In this document: in pieces, positions 37,029 through 44,454 of the stretch
Layout of the letters: the number at the start of each line of letters is the position of its first letter
How positions within the stretch are numbered: the first letter of the stretch is position 1
From: Octopus sinensis
Lineage: Eukaryota
Length of the DNA stretch: 44,454 nucleotides
Direction of reading: 5' to 3'
Assembly: GCF_006345805.1 (NCBI RefSeq)
Contig: NW_021834911.1
Location: forward strand, 1-44,454
The notes under the pieces: model-generated
Database searches by the model: none
Told to the model about the DNA's origin: nothing
Seen by the model: only the letters and a program-made list of their open reading frames with translations
Translations under genes and position numbers: made by a program

Positions 37029-37274
37029 TGTCCCTATCGACATAAATGTATCTGTCAATACCTACTAAAATATAAAGACCTTGAAATAGAAATTGGCAAA
37101 CGGTGGAACCTCAAGACTAAAACAATATCTGTTAGCATGGGTACTCTAGGAATGATAGCAATAGGGACTGATTGCTACCTAGCTCAGATACAAGGAAATC
37201 CAAAATTGAAAGAAATTCAAAAAATAGTGCTCATGGGAACTGTTCATATCCTAAGAAAAATATTGTGTATGTAA
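37029..37274 (+). pseudogene. R4/Dong LINE C-terminal RLE fragment
   Basis: KYKDLEIEIGKRWNLKTKTISVSMGTLG...IQKIVLMGTVHILRKILCM*. Confidence 0.8.
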
Positions 37275-37578
37275 TCCCCAAAACATTTTAATCTGTAAAC
37301 AGTGTTAAAATACTTTTAAATGTACATAATAGCAAACACCTTTTACTGTCATTTTAAGGTCACACTATCATCTTATAATCAAATTACTTCGAAAACAAAC
37401 TTGTAATTTTCTTATGTTTTAGCAGATATTCTCTAGAGCAAAACCTAAAGTATAGTACCCTTGTCTATATACCGACTTGAACTTCTGACTTGTCTTTTGC
37501 TGTCTCTGAGTGACTTGGAGGCAACTAATACAAACACAAAACAAAAGCCAAACAAATAATAATAATAATAATAATAAC

Positions 37579-37626
<48 letters not shown>

Positions 37627-37826
37627 CATCTTTTCTACTATAGGCACAAAGCCTGGAACTTTGGAGTGGGGGATAATCGATTACATTGAGACCAGTACGA
37701 AACCGGTACACATTTCATCGACCCCAAAAGGATGAAGGGGAAAATCGACCTCGGCGGAATTTTAACTCAGAATGTAAGGACGGACGAAATGCCGCTAAGC
37801 ATTTTGCGGGCGTGCTAGCAATCTGC
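37627..37826 (-). mobile_element. Diverged SINE family A between (TAA)n tracts
   Basis: Reverse complement of family A. (TAA)n lies at 37555-37626 and 37829-37888. Confidence 0.75.
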
Positions 37827-37828
37827 AC

Positions 37829-37895
<67 letters not shown>

Positions 37896-37897
<2 letters not shown>

Positions 37898-39097
37898 TCC
37901 AGCCGTATAAGGTCTCTACCCACCTTCTATACGTTGAAAGACTATATATACAAGTATAGAAGGTGGTAGAGACCTTATACAGCTGGAAAACTACTATAAA
38001 ATAACCACCATAGGACTGCAAAAGTATCTACTTCAGAAGGAAGGAAAACTGATACAAATAGCGGCAAAACACGAGCAAAACAAAAAAACTGTTCTCAGTA
38101 TTTAAGGAAGCTGACAAATACAAACAAGAAATCATACCACCTAATAAACATGAAGAAGAAGAAGATGAAGAAACAACAAAAGCTATAAAACAAATGAAAT
38201 CCAAGCTAAAAATAGAAAGCAACGAACCATGATAAAACGATGGCAAGAAAAGCCCTTCATGGCAAATACTGGACTAAACTAAATGCAAAGAAAAGACAAA
38301 GAAAAATCCCAGCAATGGTTGAGAAGCTCAGGACTCAAAGCAGAGACAGAGGGATTTTTAATTGCAGCACAAGACCAAAGCCTCCCCACCAGAAATTACC
38401 AAAACATGTAATGAAAAGAAATATAACAAGTAACTGCAGAATATGTGGAGATGGACAAGAAACAATAAATCATATTATCTCTGCTGCCTTATCCTGGCTA
38501 AGAAGGAATATATTCACAGACACGACAGAGTTGGAACGTACATACACTGGAAGCTATGTCAACATTATGGAATAACAACAGAAAAAAGATGGTATAGGCA
38601 CACACCAGAAAAGGTCACAGAAAACGAGAAAGCAACCATACTCTGGGATATGCCGATACATACAGATAGAGAAATTAAGGCCAACAGACCAGATATAGTT
38701 GTCAGAGATCATGAAGAAAAAAATGCTTTCTAATTAATGTATCAATACCAGCAGATGACAACGTGCCTCTAAAAGAATGAAAAGAGAAACTTTCAAAATA
38801 CAAAGACCTGGAAATAGAGGTAACCAGAATGTGGAATCTAAAACAGAAACAATTCCTATCATAGTAGGTGCCTTAGGCATGATAAAAAAAATATTCAGAC
38901 AAATACAAACAAAAACACCAGGACTTACAAACACATATAACATACAGAAAATTGCACTACTAGGCACTGCACACATCCTACGCAGAACACTTTCCATACA
39001 ATAACAATCAGAGCATCACAACAAACCACATCACATACCAAGGCACACAGAGCTGCGCTCGGTAGTAAAGTGAAAGCACGTTATAAAAATAAAACTA

Positions 39098-39100
<3 letters not shown>
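37896..39100 (+). mobile_element. 5'-truncated R4/Dong LINE in (TAA)n with a 5' fold-back
   Basis: End of RT (VERLY..EGGR), zinc knuckle CRICGDGQETINHIIS, HDRVG..HW and RLE ANRPD..KYKDLE..IVGALG..IQKIALLGTAHILRRTL, with frameshifts. The 3' UTR ends on (AAT)n at 39101-39203, and Dong-type TAA targeting is established knowledge. Confidence 0.92.
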
Positions 39101-39148
<48 letters not shown>

Positions 39149-39203
39149 TAATAATAATAATTATAATAATAATAATAATAGTAATAATAATAATAATAAT
39201 AAT

Positions 39204-40719
39204 ATGTATGTATTATGTATGTATGTATGTATTTATGTATGTATGTATGTATGTATGTATGTATGTATGCATGTATGTATGTATGTACGTACGTATGTAT
39301 GTACGTATGCATGTATGTATGTACGTACGTGCGTATGTATGTATATTATGTATGAATGTATATATGTATGTATATATCTATGTATGTAAGTATATATGAA
39401 TGTACGTATTTATAAATGTATGTAAGTATGTATGTATGTATGTATGTATGTAAGTATATATGAATATATATGTATATGTTAGTGTATATATATGTGTGTT
39501 TCTTTATGTATCTATGTATGCATGTATGTATGTATATATGTAAGCATGTATGTATGTATACATGCATGTTTATATGTATACATGCATGCATGTATGTATG
39601 CATTTATGTATGTATGTATGTATGCATGCATGTATGTATGTATTTATCCATGTATGCATGTATGTATGTATCCATGTATGCATGCATGCATGAATGCATG
39701 TATGTATGTATGCATGCTTGCATGCATGTATGTATGACTGTATGTATGTATGGATGTATATATGTATGTATGATTGTATGTATGCATGCATGCATGCATG
39801 TATGTATGCATGCATGTATGTATGTATGTATGTATGTATGTATGATTGTATGTATGTATGCATGCATGTATGTATGCATGTATGTATGCGTGTATGTATG
39901 TATGTATGTATATATCTGTGTATGTATGTATATATGCATGCATGTATGTATGTATGCATGTATGTATGCATGTATGTATGCATGTATGTATATATGTATG
40001 CATGTATGTATGTATGTATGTATGTATATATGTGTGTATGTATGTAAATATGTATGTATGTATGTATACATGCATGTTTATATGTATACATGCATGCATG
40101 TATGTATGCATTTATGTATGTATGTATGTATGCATGCATGTATGTATGTATTTATCCATGTATGTATGTATGTATCCATGTATGCATGCATGAATGCATG
40201 TATGTATGTATGCATGCTTGCATGCATGTATGTATGACTGTATGTATGTATGGATGTATATATGTATGTATGATTGTATGTATGCATGCATGCATGCATG
40301 TATGTATGCATGCATGCATGTATGTATGTATGTATGTATGTATGATTGTATGTATGTATGCATGCATGCATGCATGTATGCATGCATGTATGTATGCATG
40401 TATGTATGCATGTATGTATGTATGTATGTATGTATGTATATATCTGTATATGTATGGTATGTTAATGCATGCATGTATGTATGTATGCATGTATGTATGC
40501 ATGTATGTATATATGTATGCATGTATGTATGTATGTATGTATGTACGTATGTATGTATGTATATATGTGTGTATGTATGTAAATATGTATGTATGTATGT
40601 ATATATGTATGCATGTATGTATGTATGCATGTATGTATGCATGTATGTATATATGTATGCATGTATGCATGTATGTATATATGTATGTATGTATGTATGT
40701 ATGCATGTATGTATGTATG

Positions 40720-40750
<31 letters not shown>

Positions 40751-40782
40751 GTATGTATGTATGTATGTATGTATGTATGTAT
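39204..40782. repeat. 1.6-kb (TATG)/(TGCA) compound microsatellite with higher-order duplication
   Basis: Variant landmarks recur about 508-535 bp apart (GTTTATATG at 39568 and 40076; GTAAATA at 40044 and 40579). Confidence 0.9.
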
Positions 40783-41080
40783 TCCTTTCTCAATAGAAAA
40801 TTTTATTTGCGTCTTTCAAAAATAAAATTCCAAAAACCTACTCACTAACAAACAGGACAAGTCTTTCTAGTTTGACTCAAAATACTTTCTGGTTTCATTT
40901 GTGTATTTACGTATGGTGTGTATGTATGAGTATATATGCGCGCATGTAAACGCATTTATATATATATCCATATATATATGTGTCTGTGTGCGTGTGTGTG
41001 AGTGTGTATGTATGTGTACGTGCGTACGTATAAATCTACACAAACACCCAAGCACATGCGCGCGCAGATACACACACACA

Positions 41081-41125
<45 letters not shown>

Positions 41126-41392
41126 ACACACACACACACACACACACATACGAACAGGAATGCGTGTAATTGCGTTTGTATGACTGTCTGAGTATGTATG
41201 ATTTTGATTTTTTGATTTTTCCAGTTTCAGCTAATGAGCTGTGGCCATGCTGGGGCACCGCCATGTATATGCATAAATGAGCGAAAGAAAGCATACAGCG
41301 GGTGTATATGCGTGTTGTTTCCACTCGAAATAGAAATATTTCAAATAATTTGCAAATCATATCTTAATTACATGTAAACATGTATATATGTG

Positions 41393-41425
<33 letters not shown>

Positions 41426-41461
41426 ACCTGTCTGTCTTCTTGTCTGTCTATCTGTCTGTCT

Positions 41462-41669
41462 GTTTGTCCCTACCACCATCGCTTGACAACCGATCATGGT
41501 GTGTTTACGTCCTCGTAACTCAGCAGTTCGGCAAAAGAGACCGATAAAATAAGTTCTGGGCTTACAAAGAAAAAGTCCTGAAGTCGATTTGTTCGACTAA
41601 AGGCGGTGCTACAGCATGGCCGCAGTCAGATGACTGAAACAAGTAAAAGGATTAAAGAATAAAAGAATA
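41462..41669 (+). mobile_element. SINE family BC 3' domain
   Basis: ATCGCTTGACAACCGAT...GACTGAAACAAGTAAAAG, preceded by (TCTG)n. Confidence 0.8.
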
Positions 41670-42002
41670 TGTACGATTGCAAATATATATGCATGCTTGT
41701 ATTTATGTATTTTCCATGCACGTATAAATATAAGAACATTTGCATGTATGTAGGCATACACAGATTCATGTATGAATATATTCATGTCTGTTGGTAAGCA
41801 GATACAAAATCATATCCGTATAGATTTAAGTTATCTAGGAAACCAAGGCCTATGATGAAACTTTTCGTTAGCTAATAACGTGGATCAAACCGACTGTTTC
41901 ATTTTATCATTTGCTAATTCTTTATAATTCACACACCTCTCCCACACAAACTGTAAATGTAAGTAGCTGTAATTACTTATTAATGTTGGAAATAAACATA
42001 AG

Positions 42003-42302
42003 CCGGCGAGCTGGCAGAATCGTTAGCACGCCGGACAAAATGTTCGACAGCATTTCGCCCGTCTTCTACGTTCTGAGTTCAAATTTCACTGACATCAACT
42101 TTGCTTTCATCGTTTGGGGTTAATAAAATAAGTACCAGTTGAGAACTGCGGTCGATATAATCGACTTATACACCTCACGAAATTGTTGGCCATGTGCCTA
42201 AATTTGAAACAAATATTAATGAAAGTGACAAGGCGGCGAGCTGGCAGAATCTTTAGCAAGATGGGCAAAATGCTTAGCGGTATCTAGTCCGTCGTTACGT
42301 TC
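42003..42302 (+). mobile_element. SINE family A (alternative tail) plus a second 5' fragment
   Basis: Full unit about 42003-42210. Head-only copy 42232-42302. Confidence 0.8.
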
Positions 42303-42434
42303 ATGTCCGACCAAATAATTTCAGTCTCCAGTGGACCACACACGCACACACATCTTTGGGCATGTATTTGGGCAAGGAGTGCTGCTCAAGAATTTGCTTT
42401 CCAAGTCACATGATATTATTAGCTTAATGCAAAC

Positions 42435-43815
42435 TTAGTCAACGGATGAACTTCGACACTTAGTGGTTTCAAGATGTTGCCGCAGAGATATAATATAACA
42501 GTCAAGGGCAATCTGGATCGATGTCAAGCCCCTATCCCCTTGTTTCTGTTTTAGGTAGTGGCGGTCTACGTCGCTGTCGATGTGGAAATTATGTGTGCTG
42601 GTTAATATCTTCCGGGTTTTTACATCAATGGCTCGGATCTCATCAAACATCCAATCAAACAGCCCAAACGTTGATATGAGTACTAGCACTACAAACACAT
42701 TGTGGGTCACTGTTTCATTGAATGCGGAGAGTCCTGAGGTCCATATTTTCTTGTTCGGCTCTAATATTCTTTACTGAAACATGTTTTGTTACAGGTGCTA
42801 TTGTAAGATGTTTCCATCCACCCCAAGATATCTGTAACATTCCTCATCAGATATAGGGTACACAGTTAAGACATTAATTGAGATGTTGCTAGTCTGGTTT
42901 ACAGTTTTCCCTCCAACCCTACATCCTTTGAGAATGTTGTAACCAGGTCAAGGCTCTTTTTCAGTGTGTAACTTTGGTATTTCTAATTCCTTGTGAACCA
43001 GTGAGATGTCCTTCAGACTTCCTTAACATGAATGACAAGGGGTTTACAGAAAGTATAAACTACATCACAGAGAGGCTGTCCCCTTGGAATATGCCACTGC
43101 GATACTGTATTCTATCAGTGATAATACAGTCACTCTTTATGTTTAATTTCAAGATGGCTGCCCACGATGAAGTCAGGTCAGCTACAGCTTTGACTAGAAC
43201 TTTAAGTTGAAGGGCTTCTAGCATCCATAAGTGGAGGACAGGGTCAAACGCTTTCTTGTAGTCCAGCCACGTTGAAACTAGGTTCCTTCTATGCCTCCGC
43301 ATTTCTTACATTACAGTTTTGTTTATTAACAATTGCTTGGCACATTCCCAAACTCCCTTTTTACCAGCTGCTTGTTTAGCTGTGATGATGTTATTACTTT
43401 CACAAGAAGAGATATATGGATATATGATGTATATGTTTTGTACATTAAACTTTGGCATGCAAAGGCCGGTAGTTTTTTTGTTTTTTTTTACATGTAGGTG
43501 GTTCTGCATTTGGGGATCAGTTTTGGCTTTGCCAAAGCTAAACAACCTGGTGTAATGCAATTCTCATTGAGATCTTGCTGGTACAGGTTGATAAAATATG
43601 GTCGGTAGAAGATTAGCTTCTTGTGCCAGTATCTAACATTTAAGTATCTTCCAGGTGTTTTTCCGTCCTGAAATTTCTGGATGAGTCATAAGGGTATCGC
43701 CGTTAATACAGGAACAATTACTTCTTTGAATTTCCTCCAGCCACAGAGGATTTTGGTTGAACTCCATCCCTTCGCTTCAAATTTTCCAGAACGAGTCTAT
43801 GATTTCTCACGAAGG
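42435..43815 (-). pseudogene. R4/Dong-clade reverse transcriptase remnant
   Basis: WLDYKKAFD, GIFQGDSLS, YRYLGV and DVDRHYLKQKQGDRGL motifs. It has stops, frameshifts and deletions, and the YxDD motif is not seen. Confidence 0.88.
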
Positions 43816-43819
43816 AGCT

Positions 43820-43862
<43 letters not shown>

Positions 43863-44454
43863 GAGAGAGAGAGAGAGAGAGAGAGGGCGGGAGGAAGAGG
43901 AGGAAAAGATAATTGTTGTAAATGGCCGATAGGTGAGGTCTGTGCACAATCTGCTAAGATCGTTTCGTAATTATGAGGTCCCAGTTTCGATACTGCATCG
44001 TGTTAACTTGGGCAATATAATTTATATAACTTGAGCGAACGGAAACTTTGTAGATGTCTCTCATGTGAATTGTATCAGTCAGTTAAAAGGTCCCTTCTTC
44101 TTACATAGTGTAAGACCCATTCTGCCAGAGATATTATTAAGTGTACACGAGTAGATGCATCTGCAGAATAGTCACCTGAATTCCATGCGATTAGCAATGC
44201 AGCTGATAGAACGACTGAATGTTCATGGTTCCTCTGTTGTTTATAGATTGAGGGGCCAGTCCGGAGTGACATAATCCATGATGAACCGACGTAGTGTTTT
44301 ACTTCATTCTATTGACCAAACATGTCTGTGGTCGCTCCATTTTAACGTTTTCGATGTTTAGTGAATGCTGTGCAGGTATTGTGTGTAATTCACATTACTT
44401 TTGTATTCTGTGTTTATGTGTATCAGTGTGAGTGGTATATTTATATTGTTTAAT

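Overview
This is an AT-rich, microsatellite-saturated animal genomic window that is intergenic or deep intronic. The SINE families and the (TATG)n, (TA)n and (TAA)n landscape look like Octopus; that is inferred from remembered repeat families, not from a search. I found no intact protein-coding gene, and nearly all supplied ORFs are translations of microsatellites. Real coding remnants are decayed R4/Dong-clade LINE pieces (RT, zinc knuckle and restriction-like endonuclease), an RTE-type LINE 3' end and a Tc1/mariner transposase fragment. One weak host terminal-exon candidate lies at 24589-24694. Three tRNA-derived SINE families, Helentron-like elements and old MITEs fill most of the rest. The most notable signals are two structurally complete minimal type I hammerhead ribozymes (21395-21442 minus; 33146-33188 plus) and one degenerate hammerhead (15110-15146 minus), all in Penelope-like terminal-repeat context. 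There are also five fold-back (palindromic) insertions. Four are embedded in (TA)n with 88-168 bp arms, one of them carrying two back-to-back hammerheads. The fifth sits at the 5' end of a Dong LINE in (TAA)n. This suggests a shared snap-back mode of completing retro-insertions into microsatellites, but an assembly or read artefact must be excluded.
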